A stretch of DNA of 64,000 bases, from positions 1,119,796 through 1,183,795 of the forward strand of contig NW_027192192.1 in NCBI RefSeq assembly GCF_041956535.1, read 5' to 3'. Made by a program: the position numbers and the translations under genes. The notes under the pieces are model-generated. The model saw only the letters and a program-made list of their open reading frames with translations. It was not told where the DNA came from and ran no database searches. Within the stretch, counting starts at the first letter, position 1; each line of letters begins with the position of its first letter. This DNA is from Calcarisporiella thermophila CBS 279.70. Lineage: Eukaryota; Fungi; Calcarisporiellomycota. Below are positions 39,623-50,487 of the stretch, piece after piece.

Positions 39623-42243
39623 AGTTATAAATAATTGTGAATATATATAAAATGAAGTGATATTAGATTGACTAAGGTGTTATGTTCTTGGGGTAATGCG
39701 CATGTGGAATGATGAACGGGAAAAAAAATAAATGTAAGGAGAGAAAAGTAGGGAAGAAGGAGTGGTATTGATAGAGGGGGAGGGGGGAAAGGAGAGGAAT
39801 AAAACTCTGGTTAAAATAAAAGATGAATGATGAGGTCAAGGAAGTAAATAAGGAGCCGAGAAACGGCCAGAAGGAGAGGGGAGAGATAAATACAAGTAGT
39901 TGGACAGAGCAGAGTTTCAGGGCGGAATCAAACATATTGGTTTTTATGTGTTCAGATCAGTGATCGAATGGGGGCGATTGGCCAGCCCTGTTCCTAGGCT
40001 TCTCAAATATTGAATTTTGACTGAGAATGTTTGAGAAAAGATGTAATAAGCAAAAAATAGAAAGCCAGCGAACTGAGGTGGCGGAGTCGGAAATGGGTGC
40101 CTGATTCGCGTGATCATCAGGGGCAGGCTCGTTGGGCAGAGATTGGGCACGCCCCGAACCGAAAGAGTTTCAGAATGAGAGGTGCTGAAGCCGTAAGCTA
40201 AAAGTGAGCGCAAACTGTCAGTTTTTCCGATTGTAACATCAGTCTCAAACGCTTTCGCTCTCAGCTCGATAGGGTCAATGGTCTTCAGCAGACTCGAAGC
40301 TGCGAGGAAACAGGCCTCTGCCCCACGAGCCGCCCTTAATAAGCAGAAATGGACTGGCCAAAATTATACAGATCTGAATTAGCGCAGCGGGAAGCATTCT
40401 TCTCTTTCTCTTTCTCTCTCTCAACTAACTTGCATATGAAGCCGAGCCGCATCCATATGGGCTGCTATCGGATTTGCCCTGAGTTCTTATAAAATGAGTC
40501 AAGTGCTGGGATACAAAGAACCAATTTCATAGTATCACGAGCAAAGCCCGAGGTGGCCACTCACTGAAGAAAGTATAGGGCCTTGGAAGCTCCCCTAAAG
40601 CTGCAGATTGTTTTGGGACCTGGAGTACCTGACCAAAATAAAATCATTTTTACCTCAACAAGCAATTGTCCGAGACGGGCCGATTGCCTATAGGGCGAGG
40701 ATATTTGCACAAATTACCTGGCCCGTAATTACCTGATCTATCGCCGAACGGATCTGGCTTCTCAATGCCCATTGATCGAATCAATACTCCAAATCAAGAA
40801 AGAGACGTCCGGGATAGAGCACAGGTCATAGGAGAATGCTAGGTTTGGAAGGCGGCGGCTAAGATCGGGAATAGTTACAGGTTAATCCGCCCTGAAAATT
40901 GTGCCATCTGCAAACTTCTAGAAGAAAAAATTTTCAGAACCGCCTGAAAAAGTCTTCTTTTTAAGTATATTTTTTTATATCTACTCTCCCTCTAGTAGTT
41001 GGTATTCGAGATTTCATCTCAGTCTTACCACATAAAAATTGTTCAGGGTCTCTACAGCTCATTTAGAGCTAACGTAAATTTAGAATGAAATTTCTATTTG
41101 AAGGCACCATGGTAACATCGATAAGAATAAAAGAGAGTTAACTATCCGTGGACGACTCGAAATGAAACTTCTCGAATATCGTGATGAGCGAACCAACAAA
41201 CAATACAACCATACGATACCTCTAAAACACTTTATTCCTAATGTACGCACGTGAAACACGATGATGCTATATACTGCAATATTTTAGAAATCGAGCACTG
41301 GGATTCCTCACACTCGGTCACTCAAGATTATCACAGTTTTTTGCTATTCATTACCTAGTAACGTACTTGGCTTGATCCCGCTTAAATATTTTTGGTTTTC
41401 GCAAATAAGAGTTTCCATTGGAACTTACCCTTAGGCAGGTTAAACTATTATGCTGAAGTCATTATGGTAACATCTCTGGCCTACTATATATTACAAATGA
41501 GATACAATTGAAGAGCATTGACATAGAAACTCATAAAGGTGTCATGACTAGAGTAGAATAGAAAGGTTAGGATAGCTGCGTATGGTAGACGTAGTTGCCA
41601 GATAAGTGACTAGAATATATACCAGTATATAAGAGAAAAACAAATGTAGACCTGTACTGTATAATAAATTAAAGAAAATTTTCCTAATTTTTGGACTTTC
41701 CCATCGAGAATTATTTGGCCACAGGATTGGGCATATACGTTTTGTTGTAGCCTTCTCTGTCAAAGACTCTTGGACACTATCCCTATAGCATATCAAACAG
41801 AACACTCTAGTCATAAGGAAAACGTAAGGAAAACACAAGGAGGCATGTAGAAATGATGGAGGGTGTCCATGATTCCCTATTTTTTTTTTCATGATTGTTC
41901 TATAGTGATAGATGTTTAGAAAATATAGAAAAAAATATAGAGAAACTAAGATTTTTTTTTCTCGATCTTAAACAAAGTCTAACAATCACTTTAAAATTTA
42001 TTACTATAATTTCGTGATCCCTTCGACATCCACACTGAAGGGGGTGCTAGAATTGATTTATCCCTCCAGAGCTCAGCATTGATTGGATTTTGCTAAGGAT
42101 TTTCACTATCAATTTAAGTAAGAGCTTAATATTACTTGTTATTTTGCCATAATATTGCTAAACTTGATCTGAATTGAATCGACCCCCATTTATTAAAAAT
42201 GGGGGGATGAAGGATTACTTTAAGAAAAAATATCCATTAATTA

Positions 42244-42325
42244 TGACGAGAGTGGGGTTCGAACCCACGCCTCCGAAGAGATCACGGCCTAAACGTGACG
42301 CCTTAGACCACTCGGCCATCTCGCC
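42244..42325 (-). tRNA. tRNA-Leu (anticodon UAG)
   Basis: GGCGAGATGGCCGAGTGGTCTAAGGCGTCACGTTTAGGCCGTGATCTCTTCGGAGGCGTGGGTTCGAACCCCACTCTCGTCA: full cloverleaf with long variable arm and a downstream T6 terminator. Confidence 0.96.
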
Positions 42326-42410
42326 TTAACAAGATACCGTGAGCAAAGAGACGTGTATTTTTTTTCTCTCTTGGGATGTTTTTTTTTATTTTTTTTTTTT
42401 ACAGACATCC

Positions 42411-42890
42411 ATCGCCTTTCATTTCGAAAGCACCCGAGCCTCACCCGAAATAATCATCAGCCGGGCCAAACTAGATATTGAGGAAGTGATAGGAGCCGAA
42501 CTAATCCGAGCACGAAAAAACCGGCAAATCGAACAGTTTCGAAGAAGGTGGTGCAAGCTGGGTGCGGTTAGAGAAGGAGCGATCGGAGCGGCACTGATAC
42601 TGGGATAACGCAGTAATCCCTACCTTATCCCCTTCCTATCCTCTATTTCCATTTGTTTACTCCCCACCCCACCTCTCATGTTATCCTTTGATATCCACGG
42701 TTAGTTGAGTTTCACCATTCCCTTACCTATTCGAGCTGAAAGTCGATATGACCAACATATCATTTCGATCTACGATATCACACAAAGCTTTAACTTTGGC
42801 TTCCCTTTCACTTTACTGCTTATAATAATGTAACAATTGTATTTTAGAGTCTTCCTATACAATAAAGACTCGGCATTGATCAAAAAAAAA
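42411..42890 (+). mobile_element. Heavily 5'-truncated non-LTR retrotransposon (copy A)
   Basis: Encodes IAFHFESTRASPEII...GAALILG*, like the copy B C-terminus. The 3' UTR ends TTGATC-A9. Flanked by a 20-bp TSD T10ACAGACATCC at 42391-42410 and 42891-42910. Confidence 0.93.
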
Positions 42891-42904
42891 TTTTTTTTTT
42901 ACAG

Positions 42905-45855
42905 ACATCCTCCTCAATCATGTAGACAAGGCTCTATCTACTGAAGCTCGTGGAAACCTGGAAGAACCCATCAGCGAAGAGGAGGTGAGGAGAGCCATTC
43001 GACTGGCTCCAAAGAACAAATCGCCCGGCCCGGACGGAATAACGGCGGAATTCTACCGAGCCTTCGAGGATGAGCTTGCCCCCACGATGCAACGACACTT
43101 TAACGAGGCCCTCACGACGGACAACCCCATAAACTTTTCGAAGAAAGCAACGATTGTCCTAATCTACAAGAGGAAAGGAGATGCTGAACTACTAAGCAAC
43201 TGGTGACCGATATCTCTCCTCAATGTGGACATCAAGCTCCTGACGAGAATACTCGCGTGGAGAATACAGAGAGTAATCGCGTCGATCATCCATCCCGACC
43301 AATGTGGCTTCGTCCCGGGACGTCAGGCACAGGAGAACGCCCTTACCATACACCAGACAATAGAATACGCAGCGAAAGAAAAGTGCTAAGGGACACTCTT
43401 GTTTCTTGACCAAGCGAAAGCCTACGACCGAGTAAGCTGGCGCTGGATGCAACAATGCCTGGAAAAATTCAACTTCGGTCCACGGTTCCGATCCTTCATC
43501 CAGCGCTTACACAGCGGATATCAAGCATCGGTGTCCATAAGTGGAACGCTCACAACTCCATTCCCAATTACAAGAGGGGTGAGACAAGGCGACCCCCTAT
43601 CCCCATATCTCTACAACATCACTGTTGAACCCCTGCTTATGACAATCAGGAGCAAGATACGGAGAATAGCTATCCCAGGACTCCCTCGGCCTACCACGAC
43701 ATTCGCGTACGCAGATGACCTGACCGTAGGAGTGGCTGACCAACAAGATGTCACCATTCTCTACCAGTTCATAGACACTTACTCGCGAGCGGCCGACGCG
43801 AAAATAAACATTGACAAAACGGAGGCCGTAGCACTTACACCCGCTGCCCGCACCTCCATCGACCCTGGATGTGAATACATACCTGCGGGGGGAGCAATCA
43901 CATGCCTCGGCATCCCAATCTATCTTCCGTCAGCAGTCAACCCCACCCTCATGCCAGGACACCCAAGTGAGGCATACTACACGAGCCAATTATCGAAACT
44001 GAGGCAGATGATCCAATCTTGGAAACTCAGCCTCATAGGGAAAGTCCACCTGATCAACTCCCGGCTCCTATCCAGGATATGGTACGTCGCCACAGTGATC
44101 CGCCCTCCTGAACATTTATTCAAAGAACTGGACACAATTGTACGACAATTTCTATGGGATGGACGAGGGCCGCAGATCAGCCTCAGTCTCCTGTCTAAAA
44201 CACGAGAGGAGGGAGGCCTAGGTCTCATTCTCCCTAGACAACAAACAAGTGCCTTACTCGCATCATGGTTCCCCAAACTCGCAAGAGAGATGAAGAAGCC
44301 AACATCGGACCCGACGGTATCCCTATGGGCAAGCATCTCACTTCTCAACTTGACAGGAAAGTATGCACCAGAAGGCTACGGCACAGCCATCTTTGCCACC
44401 ACGTTTTCCACGGTCAAACTCAAACGCAAAGGTGAGTTCTGGTTTAACCTGTTCCAAGCGTGGCACACGCTCGGAGGCAGTCCAGTGGCATCACCAAACT
44501 GGACTGCAACTGATGTCCTGTCCCTACCTCTCTACAAGTGCCCTCTAATCACAAACGAGGGCCGGCAGATGGAGGAGCCAAAACCCCCAACACCGCCATA
44601 CTTGCTCAATGAGGTTCTTACTTTTGTACGCTGGGGAGGACAAACCGAGTGCAGATCGCTCCATACTCAGGCTTTATTTGACGGGAATATTGGAAGACAA
44701 TCGGAAATGGAGCGTAGATACTCTGCGTATCCCACTGAAAAGCTAAGGAACGCGTGTCGCCGTCGTTACTGCAGCTACTCTCACAGATGGGACTACGGGT
44801 ATCTTAACCTACCCCCGAGTTTAGTTGCAAAGGTCACGGAGTGCACTGACATACCGCAACAACACCCTCACCCCTGTTTCCCACTCTATCATTGCCACCT
44901 GGCCGGCAGGCCCATAGCGGAATACTCTACCCGACATGGACGTCACTTCAGGCGCAACGGCTCTTTAGAGCCGAACATACTGGTGCCTCAATCCTGGCCC
45001 GAGGCTGGATCTACGCCCGAAGATTGGAAGAAAATCTGGACCCTCGTTCACAAACGCCCCACTCTCTCAAAGCACCGTGCGCTACGCTGGCGAATTCTTG
45101 TGGAACGAGTGATCACTAACTCGACATTTCCCGGTCACGACCCGAAGTGCATCCAATGCAACGCTTCGAGAGACACAATTCGCCATACATTCTTCGATTG
45201 TCCTGAACTCACGCCAGTGTGGCAATGGGCGGAGAGGTGCATCGTCACCATCGCAGGGCCCCAGAATACTCAGGTGCTGACTGCTCGCAACCTCATTTTA
45301 GGAGACCTAACGGAATCCTCGAGAACAGCGAGACACGTAGCCCAAATTGTCTTTGACTCCGGGTTATGGCAAATCCACCGAGACCGAATTGCCTTCCATT
45401 TTGAAAGCACCCGAGCCTCACCCGAAATAATCATCAACCGGGCCAGATTAGATATTGAGGAAGCTATAGGAGCCGAAATAATACGAGCACGAAAAAAACA
45501 GCAAATCGAACAGTTTCGAAAAAGGTGGTGCAAACTGGGCGCGGTTAGAGAAGGAACGATCGGAGCGGCTCTGATACTGGGATAATGCAGTAACCCCTAA
45601 TTTATCTCCTTCCTACCCTCTACTTCCTTTTTACTCTCCACCCCATATCTCACGTCATTCTTTGATATACAAAGCTAGTTGAGTCTCACCACTCCTCTAC
45701 CTTTTGAGCCGAAATCCGGCATGACCACCATTTCAATTCGTTCTAAAATATCCCCTTAAGCTTCAACATTAGTTTCCTCTTCACTTTATTGCTTCTATTA
45801 ATGTAACCATTGTACTTTAGAGTCTTTACAAAGACTCAACATTGATCAAAAAAAA
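42905..45855 (+). mobile_element. 5'-truncated L1/Tx1-like non-LTR retrotransposon (copy B): RT plus zf-RVT, two nonsense mutations
   Basis: KSPGPDG, NW*PISLLNVD.K, QCGFVPGR, LDQAKAYDRV, GVRQGDPLSP, YADD, GGLG and C..C...H.FF.C. The 3' end is TTGATC-A8. T9ACAG occurs on both sides (42892-42904 and 45856-45868). Confidence 0.95.
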
Positions 45856-45876
45856 TTTTTTTTTACAGGAGGGGGA

Positions 45877-45981
45877 TGTAACGTTGGAAACAGGAGATGT
45901 GTGGTAGGAGGGGATTATCTCAACTATCTGAGCGCTATCTCAAGTCGTCTGCTTATCCGTATGCAGATCCGCACTTAAGAT
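45877..45981 (-). repeat. 105-bp inverted copy of 47439-47543 (LTR 3' end)
   Basis: Reverse-complement match with 2 mismatches. Confidence 0.95.
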
Positions 45982-47129
45982 GGTCGATGTATTTACGGGA
46001 CTACGATTTCGTGGTACGACACCACAAGGGAGCCCTAAACCCAGCAGACGCACTTTCCGGACTACCGGTCAACTTTATCGGTGAAAATGAAGACGGAGTG
46101 GAGATAAACATCGAGGAAGGAAGAGAGAGTAAAGTAGGGGAGAGCGAAGTAGGGGAGAGCGACAGCGACGAAGAAGAGAGTGGCGATGACGGAGGAAACG
46201 GAGGCGAGGATATATCAACTGGCATCAACAGAGAGACACAGGACGATAGCGAACAAAGGCCAAGAGTACGACAAGCGATGGATCATGCGAAATGGAGCAC
46301 AATATACACTTATCTGACCGAGCTGCGATACCCTAACGGCTGCAACGAGAAATTTCGCCGAAAAATTCGGAGGTGGTCAGCAAAATACCGAGTGGAGGAC
46401 GGCAAGCTCTTCCTTCTAAAGACTCATGGAGAGTACCCTATCGAAGTTCTTCACACGGGCAACGTAGTGGATACGGTGCGGAGGATTCACCAAGAGGGAC
46501 ACTTCGGCATTAACAACACCTGGCGCAGAGCGAAGGAACGATTCACTGGACCCCAGCTATTCGAAGTGGTTGAGAGGATAGTCAAATGCTGTGACCGTTG
46601 TCAAGAGCGGAGGAACCGAGAAAAGACGGAAGAAATGCGACCGATAGAAGCGGGAAGGGTATTTGACATAGTGGGTATTGATGCAATCGGGCCGCTTCCA
46701 GTAACTCGGAGGGAAAATCGTTACATATTGGTCACGATAGACTATGTTAGCAGGTATCCTATGGCACGAGCGGTACCCAGCATCAGAACAGAAGATACGA
46801 TCGATTTCATATTTCAAGAGGTAATATCTCACTTTGGATGCCCTCGGCAACTAATATCTGACAGAGGGACCAACTTTCTGAGCGAGTTAATGGTACTGAG
46901 AGTCTTAGGGAAAGGAGCGTATATCCTTAGAGACGCAGCCGGCGCAACACTTCAGACTCCTGTCAACGGCCCAGAACGGGACGTGGGTATTCAACGATCA
47001 AAGGGAGATTCACCTAATTGATGATGGGGACACTGGGGATTACGAGGAGGCGCTTAGAAAATGGTTCGAAGAACTGTTTTCCGAAGAAGAGGCCGCTACG
47101 GGGACGCTAGCTTTATATGAGGGGGGATC

Positions 47130-47543
47130 TGTTACGACGAGAATAGGGTAACGTGGAGCATAAGTTTGTGACGGCGTTTTTGGGATTCGATATCTTTCAA
47201 AGAAGATGCATATTTTAGTTTTACTGAGTATTACCATTTTAGTTTTATTGAGGATTTTTCTTTGTTTTATTGAATAGTAGCAACAGCTATAGTCCTATTG
47301 AATATTGAGCTATTCTTTGATTATTTGTTATGAGTCATAGTTTTATCTAGCATTATTATGAAAAGGGTGATAACTTTTATGTAATAAAGTAAGGATTCAA
47401 AGTTCTATTTTCTTGATACCAAGTTCTCGGCATCTCCTATCTTAAGTGCGGATCTGCATACGGATAAGCAGACTACTTGAGATAGCGCTCAGATAGTTGA
47501 GATAATCCCCTCCTACCACACATCTCCTGTTTCCAACGTAACA
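47130..47543 (+). repeat. 3' LTR (414 bp)
   Basis: Follows the PPT, starts TGTTACG, ends CGTAACA and contains AATAAA. Confidence 0.85.
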
Positions 47544-47567
47544 GGAAACAAAGGGGGTGGCAAAGGG

Positions 47568-47642
47568 GGTGGGGTAGCTTAGTGGTAAGCGCTCCTCGAT
47601 GCCATCGAGATGGCGCGGGTTCGAATCCCGTAGCCCTCACCA
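47568..47642 (+). pseudogene. tRNA-Gly(GCC)-like sequence (pseudo-tRNA or SINE head)
   Basis: A box TAGCTTAGTGG, anticodon arm CTCG-ATGCCAT-CGAG, B box GGTTCGAATCC and acceptor GGTGGGG/CCTCACC. Extra bases between the arms break the canonical cloverleaf. Confidence 0.7.
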
Positions 47643-48927
47643 GCACAAACCTCACCAGCACAAAAAAAGTGTCTTGATTCTCCACTAATTCTGTGCCTTG
47701 TTTGTCGTATCTATATTCTCTATCAGCATTATCTACCTTTTCCAGTCTGGTTCTCTACAATTACTCTCTCCGTCCTGTCGTGTCGGGCTCTTCCTCTAGT
47801 ATTGCCTCTGTCTTGTCGTGCCTGGTCTTTCCATCGTTACTGTCTCTCATTACTGTCCCTCGCTTGCCGTACCTGTCGTGTCTGGTTTTTTATACTTGTT
47901 GTGTCTGGTTTTCTCTGCTCGTCGTGTCTGATTACTCTACAATTTCATTTTCTTAATTGTTCTCTAACTTCTGCCAGCAATTGGCTATAATCTGCACAAA
48001 GATATATGACCTTTGATTCACCTTCAACGATTAACTTCATGAGGATACTTTTCAGTAAAGATCCGTAGCTTCAAAAAAAAAAGTGTGATGGGTTCGATTC
48101 CCGGTGATGGCACCGGTACTAGAGATGTGACCGGGACATACTCTAGGAATTGAACTATAAGCTGCTTCGCTACGACTCCTCCGAAATGCAGTATAATACT
48201 CAATGTTACTTCTCCATATATACTTCTTATTCTTTGGATACTGGTAGACAACAGAAAAACAAGAAATTCCATGCGAATTGGGGGTGTACAAACCTTTCAT
48301 TTAGCTTGTATAGGAGATTTTTCAATAAGATCCTTTAAAATAAATACATCCACATCACATCTTTGCGCTAAATCTCGAATAAGTAGGCCAGGAGCATTAT
48401 CTGGGTGATTTTGACGTAGAAGTCTACCCTACTGTTCATATGTATAGGGATCACTTTTAATAAAATCATGTGAAATGATAAAAAACAATTTTTTTACAAC
48501 CACTTGGTTTTATCAGACCTTCCCATAGCAATTAAAGGACAATGGATAAAAACACAGAGGAAAAATGCTGGAGAACATGGAGAACAAAAATGGATACTTT
48601 TTTTGTAAATACCCTCCTGACAAAAAAAACTTTGATCATTTTTTTATCTTTATTTCTTTAACTGATCCAGTGAGAATATTTATTATTTTACGATGATTAT
48701 TACAGCAATCTTTTTCTGTTATAACTTTATTATATTGAGATGATACTGTTTTATTACTTTTATTATCAATATTTTCCCTATGTGATACGTTAACAACAGT
48801 ATTAAAGACCGATATTTCATTTACAATAAAGATGTGCTTTTATTATTATCCGATTACATGACTATCCTTTGCATCGTCTAAGACTGCTCAAGTGGTGAAT
48901 ATAGAGCGATAGAGAGAGAAATCATCA

Positions 48928-49410
48928 AAGGACGCGAGGACTTGCATCCTGTGGTTTATTTAAACTATATTACATGTGAGGGAGTCTTCTGAACAAGATT
49001 GTTAGGTACAAGAAAACACAGGAAAATGCTTAGAGTTCCGTACTTGAAAGGGTCAGATTAGGTATTTTTTACTTCCTCGAGATCGAAAACTACTGCTTGG
49101 TTATCATCGATCCGGATTAGCAAGTTCTTTCCTCATTCCTACTTTAAATTTTCTTGAGCTTTATTCCTCTGAGGGGGCAAAATCCAAGCCTTTTTTATTT
49201 TCCTCTAAGGACGCGAGAACTTACGTCCTGTGGTTTATTTAATATATATTACAAATGTGAGACATGCTTCCGAACAAGCTTATTAAGTACTAGAAAACAT
49301 GAGGATATAATTTAAAGAGTTCCGTGCTTGGAAATGTCGGATTAGGCGTTCTTTGCTTCCCCGAAATCGAGGACTACCTCTTGGCTGTCATCGATCTAGA
49401 TTAGCGAGCT
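48928..49410. repeat. Two diverged ~200-bp direct repeats (48928-49136 and 49207-49410), probably 3' ends of a minus-strand retroposon
   Basis: Both begin aaggacgcgag..ctt...tcctgtggtttatttaa and align through tcatcgatc..gattagc. AATAAA is present on the minus strand. The second unit is flanked by caaaatccaagcct. Confidence 0.75.
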
Positions 49411-49427
49411 GACAAAATCCAAGCCTC

Positions 49428-50401
49428 TTTTTTTTTGATCAACCTACGGAGACTTTTATTAGTTTCCGTAGCTTACAAGAGTTTAATGATTACAATGAAA
49501 TAAGAAAAGGGGGGAATAAAGGGTAAATTAGATGTATATAGTGATCGGGTATTTGGTGAAAGGTATGAGGTAAAGAGGAGGGGAGGAGGGAAAGAGCGGA
49601 TTGGGAGAGAGGAAGGGTTGCTTCGTCACTCCAGTTTTAGTANNNNNNNNNNNNNNNNNNNNNNNNNNNNNNNNNNNNNNNNNNNNNNNNNNNNNNNNNN
49701 NNNNNNNNNNNNNNNNNNNNNNNNNNNNNNNNNNNNNNNNNNNNNNNNNNNNNNNNNNNNNNNNNNNNNNNNNNNNNNNNNNNNNNNNNNNNNNNNNNNN
49801 NNNNNNNNNNNNNNNNNNNNNNNNNNNNNNNNNNNNNNNNNNNNNNNNNNNNNNNNNNNNNNNNNNNNNNNNNNNNNNNNNNNNNNNNNNNNNNNNNNNN
49901 NNNNNNNNNNNNNNNNNNNNNNNNNNNNNNNNNNNNNNNNNNNNNNNNNNNNNNNNNNNNNNNNNNNNNNNNNNNNNNNNNNNNNNNNNNNNNNNNNNNN
50001 NNNNNNNNNNNNNNNNNNNNNNNNNNNNNNNNNNNNNNNNNNNNNNNNNNNNNNNNNNNNNNNNNNNNNNNNNNNNNNNNNNNNNNNNNNNNNNNNNNNN
50101 NNNNNNNNNNNNNNNNNNNNNNNNNNNNNNNNNNNNNNNNNNNNNNNNNNNNNNNNNNNNNNNNNNNNNNNNNNNNNNNNNNNNNNNNNNNNNNNNNNNN
50201 NNNNNNNNNNNNNNNNNNNNNNNNNNNNNNNNNNNNNNNNNNNNNNNNNNNNNNNNNNNNNNNNNNNNNNNNNNNNNNNNNNNNNNNNNNNNNNNNNNNN
50301 NNNNNNNNNNNNNNNNNNNNNNNNNNNNNNNNNNNNNNNNNNNNNNNNNNNNNNCTCCCTGTCGGGTGGAGTATTCCGGGACGGGCGCGCCAGCCAGGTG
50401 A
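49428..50401 (-). mobile_element. 5'-truncated non-LTR retrotransposon (copy C), spanning an assembly gap
   Basis: The 5' stub encodes HLAGAPVPEYSTRQG (copy B has HLAGRPIAEYSTRHG). The 3' end is TTGATC-A9 on the minus strand. 17-bp TSD gacaaaatccaagcctc at 49411-49427 and 50402-50418. Confidence 0.88.
49643..50353. other. Assembly gap (N run) inside LINE copy C
   Basis: Run of n. Confidence 1.
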
Positions 50402-50487
50402 GACAAAATCCAAGCCTCCACCCAAACCCTACTGCGCCATAAATTCATATTTTACCAACTTTTCTTGCAACAAGCTTGCAAATGATT

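Larger units (their letters stand above)
45877..47543 (+). mobile_element. Internally deleted Ty3/Gypsy LTR-retrotransposon derivative (RNase H end, partial integrase, PPT, 3' LTR) with an inverted LTR-end fragment as its left terminus
   Basis: RW..YL..YDF...H..G..N.ADALS; HHCC motif (H..GHFG...C..CQ); GIDAIGP; ISDRGTNF; purine tract at 47119-47127 followed by TGTTACG...CGTAACA. Confidence 0.9.

Noticed and set aside
39672-42200. Short ORFs upstream of the homeobox gene
   Set aside because: Low-complexity purine/pyrimidine-biased UTR and promoter sequence with no recognisable domains
45865-45981. Purine tract AGGAGGGGGA before TGT read as PPT plus a normal LTR
   Set aside because: The downstream 105 bp match the other LTR only in inverted orientation, so this is not a direct-repeat LTR
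47568-47642. Functional tRNA-Gly, or a primer-binding site on the minus strand
   Set aside because: Extra bases break the canonical cloverleaf, and there is no adjacent LTR end in the position a PBS requires
48928-50418. CRISPR-like repeat-spacer reading of the recurring caaaatccaagcc motif
   Set aside because: Eukaryotic context, only three copies, very unequal spacing and no cas genes; explained as TSDs
49528-50448. Four ORFs of 260-306 aa
   Set aside because: Read-through of the N gap; only the short LINE stub is real
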